Shown here: in pieces, positions 19,153 through 28,866 of the stretch | Layout: each line of letters opens with the position of its first letter | How positions within the stretch are numbered: position 1 is the first letter of the stretch | From: Candidatus Woesearchaeota archaeon | GTDB taxonomy: Archaea > Nanobdellota > Nanobdellia > Pacearchaeales > GW2011-AR1 | Length of the DNA: 52,648 nucleotides | Assembly: GCA_964576755.1 (NCBI GenBank) | Contig: CAZNUV010000001.1 | Coordinates: forward strand, 106,883-159,530 | Direction: 5' to 3' | Program-made: the position numbers and the translations under genes | Notes under the pieces: model-generated | What the model saw: the letters and a program-made list of their open reading frames with translations, nothing else | Databases searched by the model: none | Told to the model about the DNA's origin: nothing

Positions 19153-20376
19153 ATGGTAAATTATTTTTTATTTGGATTTAGAAACCTTAGAAGAAGAGGA
19201 ATTAGGAGTTGGTTAACACTTATAGGGATTTTTATTGGGATTGCTGCAGTTATCTCCCTAATTACTCTTGGGAGTGGATTAAAGGCAGCAATTGGTGCGC
19301 AATTTGGAATTTCTGAAACACAAGTTATAACTGTACAAGCAGGAGGATTAAACTCTTATGGGCCTCCGGGAAGTCTAGTAACAAATCCTTTAACAAGACA
19401 AGATTCTGAGGCAATAGGAAAACTCAGTTTTGTAGAGTATGCCATTCCGAGAGTTATAGAAAGTATAAAAATGGAATTTAATGATAAATTAGAAATCTAC
19501 AATGCTGTTTCTGTTGATGAAGATGAACAATCAATGAATAATATTTATGAAGCATTAGATTTAAAAGCTGAACAAGGAAGACTCTTAAAACCTGGAGATA
19601 CAAACAGGGTGGTGATTGGTTATGATTATTCTATAAAAGAAAAAAGTGGATTTGACAAAGCAATAAAAGCAGGAGATAAAATTCTCATTCAAGATAAAAA
19701 ATTTGAAGTTATTGGTATATTAGAAAAACAAGGTTCTCTTTTAATGGATAAAGTAGTTATTATGATGAATGGGGAACTAGAGGATCTTGCAGGATATGGG
19801 GACAATGTAGATATTATTGCAGTTAAGATTAAAGATAGAGATTCTATGGACAGAGCTAAAGAAGAAATAGAAAAATTATTAAGAAAAAGGCGTGGTGTTA
19901 AAGTAGGTGAAGAAGACTTTGAAGTACAAACTCCTGATGCAATTCTTGCTAGTGTGAATACCATCCTCGGAGGGGTGCAGGTTTTTATTGTGATTATTGC
20001 ATCAATTTCAATAATAGTTGGTGCAATTGGGATTATTAATACTATGACTACCTCTGTTTTAGAAAGAAAAAAAGAGATAGGAATCATGAAAGCAATTGGT
20101 GCAAGAAATTCAAATATATTCTATCAATTTTTAATAGAATCAGGGATGATGGGTTTAGCTGGGGGCCTTATAGGAGTTGTTTTTGGAATGTTTATTGGTT
20201 TTGCAGGATTAATAGGGATTAATAGTTTTCTTGGAAGTGAGCTTAGTCTAAATATGAATTATTATTTAATTACATCTACACTTATTGGTAGCTTTATGGT
20301 AGGTGCTATTGCAGGAATTGCTCCTGCAATGCAAGCAGCTAAACAAAATCCTGTAGATGCATTGAGGGGTAACTAA
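19153..20376 (+). CDS. MacB/FtsX-type ABC transporter permease
   Basis: RSWLTLIGIFIG, NTMTTSVLERKKEIGIMKAIGA, NPVDALR. Confidence 0.92.
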   Translation: MVNYFLFGFRNLRRRGIRSWLTLIGIFIGIAAVISLITLGSGLKAAIGAQFGISETQVITVQAGGLNSYGPPGSLVTNPLTRQDSEAIGKLSFVEYAIPRVIESIKMEFNDKLEIYNAVSVDEDEQSMNNIYEALDLKAEQGRLLKPGDTNRVVIGYDYSIKEKSGFDKAIKAGDKILIQDKKFEVIGILEKQGSLLMDKVVIMMNGELEDLAGYGDNVDIIAVKIKDRDSMDRAKEEIEKLLRKRRGVKVGEEDFEVQTPDAILASVNTILGGVQVFIVIIASISIIVGAIGIINTMTTSVLERKKEIGIMKAIGARNSNIFYQFLIESGMMGLAGGLIGVVFGMFIGFAGLIGINSFLGSELSLNMNYYLITSTLIGSFMVGAIAGIAPAMQAAKQNPVDALRGN

Positions 20377-20378
20377 GA

Positions 20379-21593
20379 ATGGTAATTGGAAAAGAAAGTA
20401 TAAAATATTCATTAAAAAATCTTTCACATAGAAAGACAAGGAGTTTACTTACAATTTTATCTATATTTATTGGAATAACAACAATTTTTATATTTATTAG
20501 TTTTGGTTGGGGATTATATGATTATATGGGAGAAATGAGTTCTAGTTCTTCTGCTAATAAAATTATGATTCAAGCTAAAGGAGGTGCTGGAATACCTGGA
20601 CTGGATAATACATTTAAATTAACTGATGCTGATTTAAAGGCAGTTCAACAAGCTTCAGGAGTTTTAGAGGCAAGTGGCGTATATTTTAAAGTTGTAGAAG
20701 TAAAACAAAAAACAGTAAAAAAATATACTTTCTTAATTTCTTATGATCCTAAAGAACCTTTAATTATGGATATTTTTAATATTGATATAGAAAAAGGAAG
20801 AGAATTAAGAGATGGGGATAATGGAAAAATTGTAGTAGGTTATAATTATCTTCTTCCAGATAAAATATTTTCAAATGCTTATGATATAAATGATCCTATA
20901 AAGATTGATGGTAAGGATTTGGAGATAGTGGGCTTTTATGAATCAGTTGGAAGTCCTCAAGATGATGCCCAAGTTTATATCACAAATGATTATTATGAAG
21001 AATTATACAACAATGAAAACTTTTCTTATGGATATATCATTGCAGAGATTGATACCACAGACATAAAAAAAGTAGTGAGTAATATTGAAAAGAGTTTGAG
21101 AAAACAAAGAGGACTTGAAGAAGGAAAAGAGGACTTTTTTGTCCAATCTTTTGAAGATATGTTAGCTAGTTATTCAAGTGCATTAAATATTATTGTTGGT
21201 TTTGTTGTTTTAATTGCTTTAATTTCTGTTTTAGTTTCTGCAGTTAATACTGCAAATACAATGGTAACCTCTGTTTTAGAGAGAGTGAGAGAAATTGGAG
21301 TAATGAAATCAATTGGTGCAAGAAATTCAGAAATATTTAAAATATTTTTGTTTGAATCTGCATTTCTTGGATTTATGGCTGGAGTAATTGGGGTATTAAT
21401 TGGGTGGGGATTAAGTGCTATTGGAGGAAAACTACTAGGAGACTTGGGATGGGGTTTTTTAAGCCCACATTATTCAATTGTCCTCTTTGCAGGGTGTATT
21501 TTATTTGCTACAATAACCGGAGCAATATCTGGTGTTATTCCTGCGATTAATGCATCAAAAACAAATCCTGTAGATGCATTAAGATATGAATAA
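20379..21593 (+). CDS. MacB/FtsX-type ABC transporter permease (paralog)
   Basis: RSLLTILSIFIG, NTMVTSVLERVREIGVMKSIGA, NPVDALRYE. Confidence 0.92.
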   Translation: MVIGKESIKYSLKNLSHRKTRSLLTILSIFIGITTIFIFISFGWGLYDYMGEMSSSSSANKIMIQAKGGAGIPGLDNTFKLTDADLKAVQQASGVLEASGVYFKVVEVKQKTVKKYTFLISYDPKEPLIMDIFNIDIEKGRELRDGDNGKIVVGYNYLLPDKIFSNAYDINDPIKIDGKDLEIVGFYESVGSPQDDAQVYITNDYYEELYNNENFSYGYIIAEIDTTDIKKVVSNIEKSLRKQRGLEEGKEDFFVQSFEDMLASYSSALNIIVGFVVLIALISVLVSAVNTANTMVTSVLERVREIGVMKSIGARNSEIFKIFLFESAFLGFMAGVIGVLIGWGLSAIGGKLLGDLGWGFLSPHYSIVLFAGCILFATITGAISGVIPAINASKTNPVDALRYE

Positions 21594-21637
21594 GTAGAAT
21601 ATAATAATTTTTATAAATCTCGAAACTCTAAATCATT

Positions 21638-22156
21638 ATGGGTTTAATTGGAAAACTTGTAAAAGGGAAAAACTTGGGAGTTGTTATAAGAGATATGAAA
21701 CCCGGAGAGCAAGGATATTGTTCTGCAGAAGAATTAGTTTTTGATTTAAATCAAACTCCCTATCTATGTTTAGATGCTCCTTTATTCCATTCAAAACAGC
21801 AAGCTATAGATTATTATGGGGGAACATTAATTTTTATAAAAAAAGTTGGTCCTTTAGAAGGAGATTATGATGTTTCCATAAGGGGAGTAAAATATGATTG
21901 GAGATTAAATGATATAGATTATATTAATGATATGGGATTATTTATAAAAGTGAATAGTTTTTTTAATCCAGGAGAGAGGAACATACATAGGGCTGCATTA
22001 AAAAATTTGGATGAAATTGGATTTGGTAAACATTCTAGAGAATATGTAGCTCCGAAAACCCAAAAGAAAAAAACATTAGGAAATCAGACATTATCTTTAA
22101 AAAAGAAAAAAATAGGTATTTTTGAAAATATTTTACAGTATTTTACAAAAAAATAA
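21638..22156 (+). CDS. Hypothetical protein
   Basis: 172-aa ORF with its own TATA-like element upstream; no motif recognised. Confidence 0.6.
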   Translation: MGLIGKLVKGKNLGVVIRDMKPGEQGYCSAEELVFDLNQTPYLCLDAPLFHSKQQAIDYYGGTLIFIKKVGPLEGDYDVSIRGVKYDWRLNDIDYINDMGLFIKVNSFFNPGERNIHRAALKNLDEIGFGKHSREYVAPKTQKKKTLGNQTLSLKKKKIGIFENILQYFTKK

Positions 22157-22168
22157 ATATTCAGATAA

Positions 22169-23014
22169 TTATTTTTTCTTGTTTTTTTTCCTCTTAAACC
22201 ACCAATAAACTAAAACAACAAGAACCGCAATTATAATAAAATATGTCCAAGGAGAAACTCCTGCTTTATCTCCATTTCTTTCTTCAAAATATTTTGAATT
22301 AAATGTAACTGTTTTCTCTACTTCTCTTCTGACGTTAATTGAATCAGTATATAAAATCTTTAATGTAATCTCTCCATTAGATGGTGTTGCTTCAAACTCT
22401 GCAGTAGAATAATCATTAGAATCTAAATCTCCAACAATATTTCTTTGAGAACCCTTAACAACAATATTTTCTTGTTGAGGTATATCCACAGTCAAAGCTT
22501 GCACATCAATTTTACCAATATTTAAAATTTCAAAAGTTATTATTTTTGTAATATAATCATAATCTTTTATAAACACTTCAAAGTCTGTTTTAGAATCCTC
22601 AACAGTAAGATTGAATTCTTTTTGTTGATTCTTTAAAGTTAGATTAGATGTTGTGGAAAATCTAACTTTAATTGGATTTTCTCCATCAAGAGAGTTTTCG
22701 TCAACTCTAACCTTATAAGGTACTAGAATACTCGAACTAAAACCTGTAATAAAAGTTCCTCCTTTAATATTAACTTTGGGGTCAGAATCTGGATTAAATA
22801 TAATGGGATACTCTGGAACTAATTCAAAGAATATATTCTTACAATCAGGACTTTCAGTTCCAGTAACTTGAAAAACAAGTTTTACATATTCTCCAGGAAC
22901 TGCTGGATAAGGGTCCTGATTAAGTAATGTTGCATCAAGTGCACATTCAGCACTAATAAAACTTATTGCAAATATCAATGCAAATACAAAACTTATTGTT
23001 AATCCTCTTTTCAT
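22169..23014 (-). CDS. COG1361 S-layer-family protein
   Basis: Signal peptide, QDPYPAVPGEYV motif, Ig-like beta segments, C-terminal TM plus basic tail. Confidence 0.75.
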   Translation of the reverse strand: MKRGLTISFVFALIFAISFISAECALDATLLNQDPYPAVPGEYVKLVFQVTGTESPDCKNIFFELVPEYPIIFNPDSDPKVNIKGGTFITGFSSSILVPYKVRVDENSLDGENPIKVRFSTTSNLTLKNQQKEFNLTVEDSKTDFEVFIKDYDYITKIITFEILNIGKIDVQALTVDIPQQENIVVKGSQRNIVGDLDSNDYSTAEFEATPSNGEITLKILYTDSINVRREVEKTVTFNSKYFEERNGDKAGVSPWTYFIIIAVLVVLVYWWFKRKKNKKK

Positions 23015-23149
23015 ATTAGTAGTATAAAGTCTATCTTTTTAAAGGTTTTGAAAAATAATTTCTAGTTAACAGGGATAAAAATATTTTAAATAGTATAAAT
23101 TAGTTCATAAAAATTTAAAAAGGCTTTAATCTATGGCTTTTCATAAAAA

Positions 23150-23506
23150 ATGGTAAAGAGGTGTGTATATTGTAATTCAGATATTTCTGAAAATAGTGTT
23201 GTAGACATTTGCAAACCCTGTATGCATCAAGTTTGGGGTCCTAGAATGACTGCAGCAATAATTGGAGGAATGGAAAAAGAAAGAGATAAGGGGAATTTAG
23301 AATTAGGAGAAGTAAGTAAATCTGTTGGTCCTTCTACTATGATTGAAGAAGAAAAACCAAATTTTAGGAATGATAATCAAGAGACTAATGAAAATTTAGA
23401 TATTGAGCCAGAATTGAATATAGATGAAAATTTAAATGATGTAGAAGAAATAGAGAGTATTGATAACCTTTTTAGTGAACAAAATACTCAAAATTCTAGT
23501 TTTTAG
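23150..23506 (+). CDS. Hypothetical protein with N-terminal CxxC...CxxC and acidic tail
   Basis: CVYC...CKPC; Glu/Asn-rich C-terminus. Confidence 0.65.
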   Translation: MVKRCVYCNSDISENSVVDICKPCMHQVWGPRMTAAIIGGMEKERDKGNLELGEVSKSVGPSTMIEEEKPNFRNDNQETNENLDIEPELNIDENLNDVEEIESIDNLFSEQNTQNSSF

Positions 23507-23615
23507 GAAAATTCCCAATTTGTGCTAAATATTCATAAAATAGGGGGAATTTTTAAGAATATCTTAATAATCAAGTAGTAAAAAGTTTTTTAAAGGGACT
23601 TTTTCTTGATTTTAA

Positions 23616-23921
23616 ATGATAAGAGAAGAACTTGGGGGAAATATTGTTTTAAGCAATTTCGAACTAGATATCCCTGAAATAATAATAGTCAAAAAATTAG
23701 TAGGAAAATATGCTGAAAAGATAAGAGAGTTTATAGAGTTTCAAGAATTAAAATTAGAACTAAAAGAACATAAAAAACAAGATAAAAAAACCTATGAGAT
23801 AAAGGCCCACATAATGATCGACGGAAAGGGTTACTTTTCAGAAACACAAGGTTTAAATGTCTTTGTTTGCATTGATGAATCATTAAAAAAAATAATAGAA
23901 GAAATAAAAAATAAGGAGTAG
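23616..23921 (+). CDS. Putative HPF/RaiA-like ribosome-associated protein
   Basis: About 100 aa with an HPF-like secondary-structure pattern (YEIKAHI, NVFVCIDESLKKI); heads the rpl21e cluster. Confidence 0.45.
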   Translation: MIREELGGNIVLSNFELDIPEIIIVKKLVGKYAEKIREFIEFQELKLELKEHKKQDKKTYEIKAHIMIDGKGYFSETQGLNVFVCIDESLKKIIEEIKNKE

Positions 23922-23934
23922 GAAAAATATAAAA

Positions 23935-24183
23935 ATGAAGGCAAAAAAAGTAAGGCAAAAGGGGAAGATTAGTCTTAGTAGATACTTTAAGAAATTTAAA
24001 GATGGAGATAGAGTTGCAGTAGTAAGAGAAAAAGGGATTGCTGCTAGCTTTCCAGAAAGGATAATTGGGAAAAGCGGACAAATTATAGGAATACGAGGAA
24101 CTTATAATTTAATTAAACTAAATGATGGAAATAAAATAAAAACCTTTATAATTCATCCTGTCCATCTAAGAAAACTAAAATAA
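23935..24183 (+). CDS. rpl21e: 50S ribosomal protein L21e
   Basis: FKDGDRV, GKSGQIIG, IIHPVHL; precedes rpoF. Confidence 0.92.
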   Translation: MKAKKVRQKGKISLSRYFKKFKDGDRVAVVREKGIAASFPERIIGKSGQIIGIRGTYNLIKLNDGNKIKTFIIHPVHLRKLK

Positions 24184-24201
24184 AGGATAAAATCAAATAA
24201 A

Positions 24202-24498
24202 ATGATAAAAAATTCAACCCCATTGACCTTAGCAGAAGTAATAGACTTAACAAAAGATAATGAAAGTGCTGAAAAAATAAAGAGCTTTGCTAAGCGATTC
24301 ACAAAAAAAACAGGAAATGATGCAAAAAAAATGAAAGAAGATTTAGAAAAATTAGGATTATTAAAATTAAAAGAAAGTCATATAGTAAAAATTGTGGACT
24401 TTTCTCCACAAGATGCTAGCGATTTAAACAAAATTCTTCCAGAAGTATCACTCGACCAAGATGAAATTAAAAAAATACTTGAAGTTATCAAAAAATAA
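24202..24498 (+). CDS. rpoF: RNA polymerase subunit F (Rpo4)
   Basis: PLTLAEV, KIVDFSP..., conserved position between rpl21e and DUF655. Confidence 0.85.
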   Translation: MIKNSTPLTLAEVIDLTKDNESAEKIKSFAKRFTKKTGNDAKKMKEDLEKLGLLKLKESHIVKIVDFSPQDASDLNKILPEVSLDQDEIKKILEVIKK

Positions 24499-24503
24499 AG
24501 AAA

Positions 24504-25040
24504 ATGGAAAAAGAAGAATATGTTATAGTACTAGATTTCCTACCCTATGGGTATCCTCTAGAGAAGAAGATAATGCCTATAGCTCAAGCTATGGGAGAGA
24601 AAAATTTAACATTATTGCAACTAGTTCCTAGAAGGGGACTTTCTTTTGAAATTGGAGAAAAAGTTTATATTGGAGAAGGTGAAAGGGACAAGGTTCTCTA
24701 CATCCTTGGAAGACTACCAAGAGAAAAATTAACTGAGACTGCGAGATTACAATTAATAGAACTTATAGAAAAAATAGTAACAGAACAAGAAAAAAAGTTT
24801 GTTGCTTTTTTTAATGATGCTAGGGCAATAAACACTAGACTTCATCAATTTGAATTGCTACCAGGATTTGGGAAAAAACATACTAAGGCAATTGTTGAAG
24901 AAAGAGAGAAAAGGCCTTTTGAGTCATTTGAAGAAATGAAAAAAAGAGTTTCAAATATTCCAGATCCAAAAAAAGCAATTGAAAGAAGATTAGTAGAAGA
25001 ACTTACTGAAATACAAAGGAATAACCTATTTATTAGATAA
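24504..25040 (+). CDS. DUF655 putative RNA-binding protein
   Basis: EEYVIVLDFLPYG, RLHQFELLPGFGKK, FESFEE. Confidence 0.9.
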   Translation: MEKEEYVIVLDFLPYGYPLEKKIMPIAQAMGEKNLTLLQLVPRRGLSFEIGEKVYIGEGERDKVLYILGRLPREKLTETARLQLIELIEKIVTEQEKKFVAFFNDARAINTRLHQFELLPGFGKKHTKAIVEEREKRPFESFEEMKKRVSNIPDPKKAIERRLVEELTEIQRNNLFIR

Positions 25041-25063
25041 AAACAAAAAACAAACAATTAAAA

Positions 25064-25603
25064 ATGGCAAAAAACCAGAAAGAAGATAAGATGAAGAAAG
25101 AAGATAAAATTGAACCTAAAGAAGAAATAAAGAAAAAGGAAAGAAACCCGGGTAAAGAAGAAGCAAAACTAATTAGAATTCTAGCAAAAGATATTCCTGG
25201 AGACAAAGATATTTATTCTGGATTGCAACTAATCAAAGGCATTTCTTGGGCATTTTCAAATGCTATTTGTAAAAAATTAAATTTAGATAAGAAGAAACAG
25301 ATTCAAGAATTAACACCTCAAGAAATTGAAAAGATTACTCAATTTATTCAAAATCCTGAAATCCCAAATTTTTTATTAAATAGAAGAAAAGATGTTGATA
25401 GTGGAAAAGAAATTCACCTTGTTGGTGCAGATTTAGATTTACAAAAAGAATTTGATATTAAAAAATTAAAGAAAATGAAAAGTTATAGGGGTGTTAGACA
25501 TTCTGCAGGACTACCTGTTCGTGGACAGAAAACAAGATCTAATTTTAGAAGAAATAGAAAAAAAGGGGGAGCTGTTGGCGTTAGAAAGAAAGCTAAGAAG
25601 TAA
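25064..25603 (+). CDS. rps13: 30S ribosomal protein S13
   Basis: IKGISW, NRRKD, SYRGVRH, GLPVRGQKTRSNFR. Confidence 0.95.
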   Translation: MAKNQKEDKMKKEDKIEPKEEIKKKERNPGKEEAKLIRILAKDIPGDKDIYSGLQLIKGISWAFSNAICKKLNLDKKKQIQELTPQEIEKITQFIQNPEIPNFLLNRRKDVDSGKEIHLVGADLDLQKEFDIKKLKKMKSYRGVRHSAGLPVRGQKTRSNFRRNRKKGGAVGVRKKAKK

Positions 25604-25605
25604 AA

Positions 25606-26160
25606 ATGGGAGATATAAAAAGAAAAAGAAAATTGTATAAAAGGCCTAAAAAACCATTTGATAAACCTAGAATTGAAGAGGAAAATACTATAAAAGATAA
25701 ATTTGGTCTAAAGAATAAAAAAGAGATTTGGAAAGCAGAAGCAGAAATTTCTAAAATAAGAAGAAGGGCTAAAAACCTGATTTCTAAATCAGAAGAAGAG
25801 AAACAAAAGTTTTTTATAAAATTAAATAAAATTGGTCTTAATGTAAAAGATATTTCTGATGTTTTAGCCTTAACAAAAGAAGATTATTTAAGCAGAAGAT
25901 TGGAAACATTTGTTTTCAAAAAAGGTCTTGCAAACAGCCCAAGACAAGCAAGACAATTAATTGCACATAAACATGTCTTAGTCAATGGCAAGGTTGTCAA
26001 TTCTCCTTCATTTATAGTTACTAAAGAACTAGAAGATAAATTACAATTAAAAATCAAAAAAGGAAAAGCAAAAAAGAAGGAAGTTGTAAAAGAAAATATT
26101 GAAGAATTAGAAGAAACAGAAGATAAATCTACTGAAGAAACAATGGAGAAAGGAGAATAA
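25606..26160 (+). CDS. rps4: 30S ribosomal protein S4
   Basis: FGLKNKKEIW, RRLET, QARQLIAHKHV. Confidence 0.95.
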   Translation: MGDIKRKRKLYKRPKKPFDKPRIEEENTIKDKFGLKNKKEIWKAEAEISKIRRRAKNLISKSEEEKQKFFIKLNKIGLNVKDISDVLALTKEDYLSRRLETFVFKKGLANSPRQARQLIAHKHVLVNGKVVNSPSFIVTKELEDKLQLKIKKGKAKKKEVVKENIEELEETEDKSTEETMEKGE

Positions 26161-26161
26161 A

Positions 26162-26548
26162 ATGGCAAAAGATCAAGAAAAAGTTGGAATAATCCATGTT
26201 CATACTACATTTAATAATACAATTGCACAACTTACAGATTTAGCAGGAAACACAATTGGAAAAGTTACTGGGGGCCAAGTTACAAAACATTCAAGATTAA
26301 AGGCTAATCCAACAATTGCGATGTTTATTGCAAAAAGAATTGGGGAACTTGCAAGAGATTATGGAATTACTTCTTTATATGTAAAGATTAAAGGTAAAGC
26401 TGGAAGTCCTGGTGCAGGCCCTGGAGCCCATGCAGTTGTAAGAACCCTTACAAAAGAAGGATTTAGAGTAATCTCAATAAGTGACTCAACCCCGTTACCT
26501 AGAGGAGGACCTAAGAAGAAAGGCGGACGAAGAGGTAGAAGAGTATAA
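26162..26548 (+). CDS. rps11: 30S ribosomal protein S11
   Basis: TFNNTI, GPGA, D.TPLP, KGGRRGRRV. Confidence 0.95.
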   Translation: MAKDQEKVGIIHVHTTFNNTIAQLTDLAGNTIGKVTGGQVTKHSRLKANPTIAMFIAKRIGELARDYGITSLYVKIKGKAGSPGAGPGAHAVVRTLTKEGFRVISISDSTPLPRGGPKKKGGRRGRRV

Positions 26549-26608
26549 TAATAAATTAAATAAGTTTAAAAGACATAAATAAATAGGAATAATAAGGATA
26601 AAAAGCAA

Positions 26609-27319
26609 ATGATAAAAAAAATAGAAAAAGCAGAAGATAGAATAACATTTTATACAGATGTGAATATCAGCTTAGCTAATGCTTTAAGAAGAAGTTTAAC
26701 AGAAATACCTATTTTAGCTATTGATGAAGTAGATATATACAAGAATGATTCTGCATTAAATGATCAAATTATTGCCCACCGGGTTGGATTAATTCCATTA
26801 AAAAATCAAAAATTAAAGCAGGGCAAATATATTGAATTAAAATTAAAGGTTAAAGGTATTAACGAAGGAACTGAAGTTTTATCTTCTGAATTTGGGGATG
26901 ATGTTGCTTACAAAGAAATGCCTATAGTTTATTTAAATAAAGGTCAAGAAATAGAAATGGTTGCAAGAGCAAAATTAGGACTTGGTAAGGAACATGCAAA
27001 ATTTTCTCCAGGATTAATCTATTATAAAGAGGCTTGTCAAATAAAAATTTCAAGCCAAGGAGAAAAGTATGAAGAACTGGCAAAACATTATCCTAAAATA
27101 TTTGAATTTAGTGATGGAAAACTAAAGTTGAGACAAGAATGGCAATGTGATTTAGACCAAGAAGATATGAAAAATTATCCAGGTGTAACAATTGACAACA
27201 AAGGAGATTTAATCTTAGTTGTAGAATCATGGGGCCAATTAAAAACCAAGGACATTTTTTTAGAATCAATAAAAGTACTTGAAAATAGTTTAAGTGAATT
27301 GTCTAAAAAAATTAAATAG
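26609..27319 (+). CDS. rpoD: RNA polymerase subunit D (Rpo3)
   Basis: ANALRR, AHRVGLIPL, GKEHAKFSPG. Confidence 0.93.
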   Translation: MIKKIEKAEDRITFYTDVNISLANALRRSLTEIPILAIDEVDIYKNDSALNDQIIAHRVGLIPLKNQKLKQGKYIELKLKVKGINEGTEVLSSEFGDDVAYKEMPIVYLNKGQEIEMVARAKLGLGKEHAKFSPGLIYYKEACQIKISSQGEKYEELAKHYPKIFEFSDGKLKLRQEWQCDLDQEDMKNYPGVTIDNKGDLILVVESWGQLKTKDIFLESIKVLENSLSELSKKIK

Positions 27320-27429
27320 GCGGGGATGCCGGAGCGGTCAAACGGGACGCGCTAAGGTAATCTAACAGTCTAAGGTCATAGACACGCGTTGGCTTTATGC
27401 CTGCGAGGGTTCAAATCCTTCTCCCCGCA
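27320..27429 (+). tRNA. tRNA-Leu, anticodon reads AAG, with 26-nt intron at 37/38 (27358-27383)
   Basis: Body nearly identical to the Leu(CAA) gene; stem ACGCG/CGCGT, loop CT-AAG-G-[intron]-A; relaxed bulge-helix-bulge. Confidence 0.85.
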
Positions 27430-27471
27430 TTAAAAAACCCTTGAGAAGAAAAACACAGGAAACAAAAGAAA

Positions 27472-27861
27472 ATGGAAAAACAAAAGAAAAAAACAAAAAG
27501 TAAAGGGCAAATAGAAAAAAGAATTAGGAGAAAAAGAAATGTATATCTAGTTGAAACTTTAATGAATTTAAAAAAATCAGTCCCAGAGATTGCTAAAGAA
27601 CTGGCAAAACCTAGAAGACAGCAAAAGAATATAAATCTTAGTGAATTAGATAAAAAAATAGAAAAGATAAAATCATCTGAAATATTATTTCTTGGAAAAA
27701 TCCTGTCATCAGGAGATTTAACAAAAAAAGTAAGGATTATTGCTCTTTCTGCTTCTCAAAAAGCAATTGAAAAAATTAAAAAGTCTGGTTCTAGTTTTGC
27801 AGAGATTAAAGAAGAATTAAAAAAGAATCCTAAATTAAATTCACTTGAAATAATAAATTAA
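27472..27861 (+). CDS. rpl18e: 50S ribosomal protein L18e
   Basis: INLSEL, GKILSSG, AIEKI; conserved position. Confidence 0.88.
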   Translation: MEKQKKKTKSKGQIEKRIRRKRNVYLVETLMNLKKSVPEIAKELAKPRRQQKNINLSELDKKIEKIKSSEILFLGKILSSGDLTKKVRIIALSASQKAIEKIKKSGSSFAEIKEELKKNPKLNSLEIIN

Positions 27862-27865
27862 GAAG

Positions 27866-28327
27866 ATGGAAGAAAAAGAAAAAATATTAGGAAAAGAGAA
27901 AACAAATCAAAATAGAATAATCATTGATGCTGAAAAAACTGCAGTTGGAAGATTAGGGTCTTATGTTAGTAAAGAACTATTAAAAGGGAAAAAAGTAATT
28001 ATGATTAATGTAGAAAAGGCAATTATTTCTGGACCAAGGAAAAACCCTGTGGAAAAAATAGGTAAATTAAGAAGAATGGGTGGAAGTTCTCAAAAAGGTC
28101 CTAAAATTTCAAAAGACCCTGAAAAACTAGTTAAAAGAATGATTAGGGGAATGTTACCAAGATATAATGCTAGAGGAAAACAAGCTTATAGAAATTTAAA
28201 ATGTTATTCTAGTACTAACGAAGAAATTAAAAACATAAAAAAAGAAGACCTTGATAAAACTATAAAACTTAATTTAAAACAACCTATGAAATCTATGACA
28301 ATTAAACGTATTTCAGAATTAATTTAA
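27866..28327 (+). CDS. rpl13: 50S ribosomal protein L13
   Basis: IIDAE...GRLGS, KRMIRGMLP. Confidence 0.93.
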   Translation: MEEKEKILGKEKTNQNRIIIDAEKTAVGRLGSYVSKELLKGKKVIMINVEKAIISGPRKNPVEKIGKLRRMGGSSQKGPKISKDPEKLVKRMIRGMLPRYNARGKQAYRNLKCYSSTNEEIKNIKKEDLDKTIKLNLKQPMKSMTIKRISELI

Positions 28328-28340
28328 ACGAAAAGAAAAA

Positions 28341-28781
28341 ATGGCAGAAGAAAAATTGAAAAATAAAAACCTTGTGGTTATAGGTAAAAGAAAAAGTGCA
28401 GTTGCAAAGGCAACAATAAAACAAGGTAAGGGAAAGATAGACATAAAAATAAACGGAAAGCCGATTGAATTCTTTCCAGAATTACAACAATTAGAATTAC
28501 AAGAACCAATAATCATTGCTCAAGATGTTTTTGAATCAAATAAGGATAAACTTAATTTTGAGATTAGAGTGAATGTTGTTGGTGGGGGGCTTTCATCCAG
28601 AGTAGCAGCCTCAAGATTAGCAATTGCTAGGGCAATTGTAGAGTTTACTAAATCTGAAAAATTGAAAAAGGCTTATATTGCCTATGACAGACATCTAATT
28701 ATTGCAGATACTAGAAGAAAAGAGGCTTGTAAACCTGGAGATAGTAAAGCAAGAGCTAGAAGACAGACTTCTTATAGATAA
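28341..28781 (+). CDS. rps9: 30S ribosomal protein S9
   Basis: GKRKSAVA, GGG, D.RRKE, ARARRQTSYR. Confidence 0.95.
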   Translation: MAEEKLKNKNLVVIGKRKSAVAKATIKQGKGKIDIKINGKPIEFFPELQQLELQEPIIIAQDVFESNKDKLNFEIRVNVVGGGLSSRVAASRLAIARAIVEFTKSEKLKKAYIAYDRHLIIADTRRKEACKPGDSKARARRQTSYR

Positions 28782-28866
28782 AATTCATTCAGAGTTCTAT
28801 ATTTGTTATCACTCCACAATTGTGACAAATACAAAGGTTTAAAAGTGATTATTTCTCTATGATTTT

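Noticed and set aside
23508-23553. Inverted repeat AAAATTCCC...GGGAATTTT as an ncRNA
   Set aside because: Only a 9-bp AT-rich stem with a long unstructured loop; at most a terminator or operator
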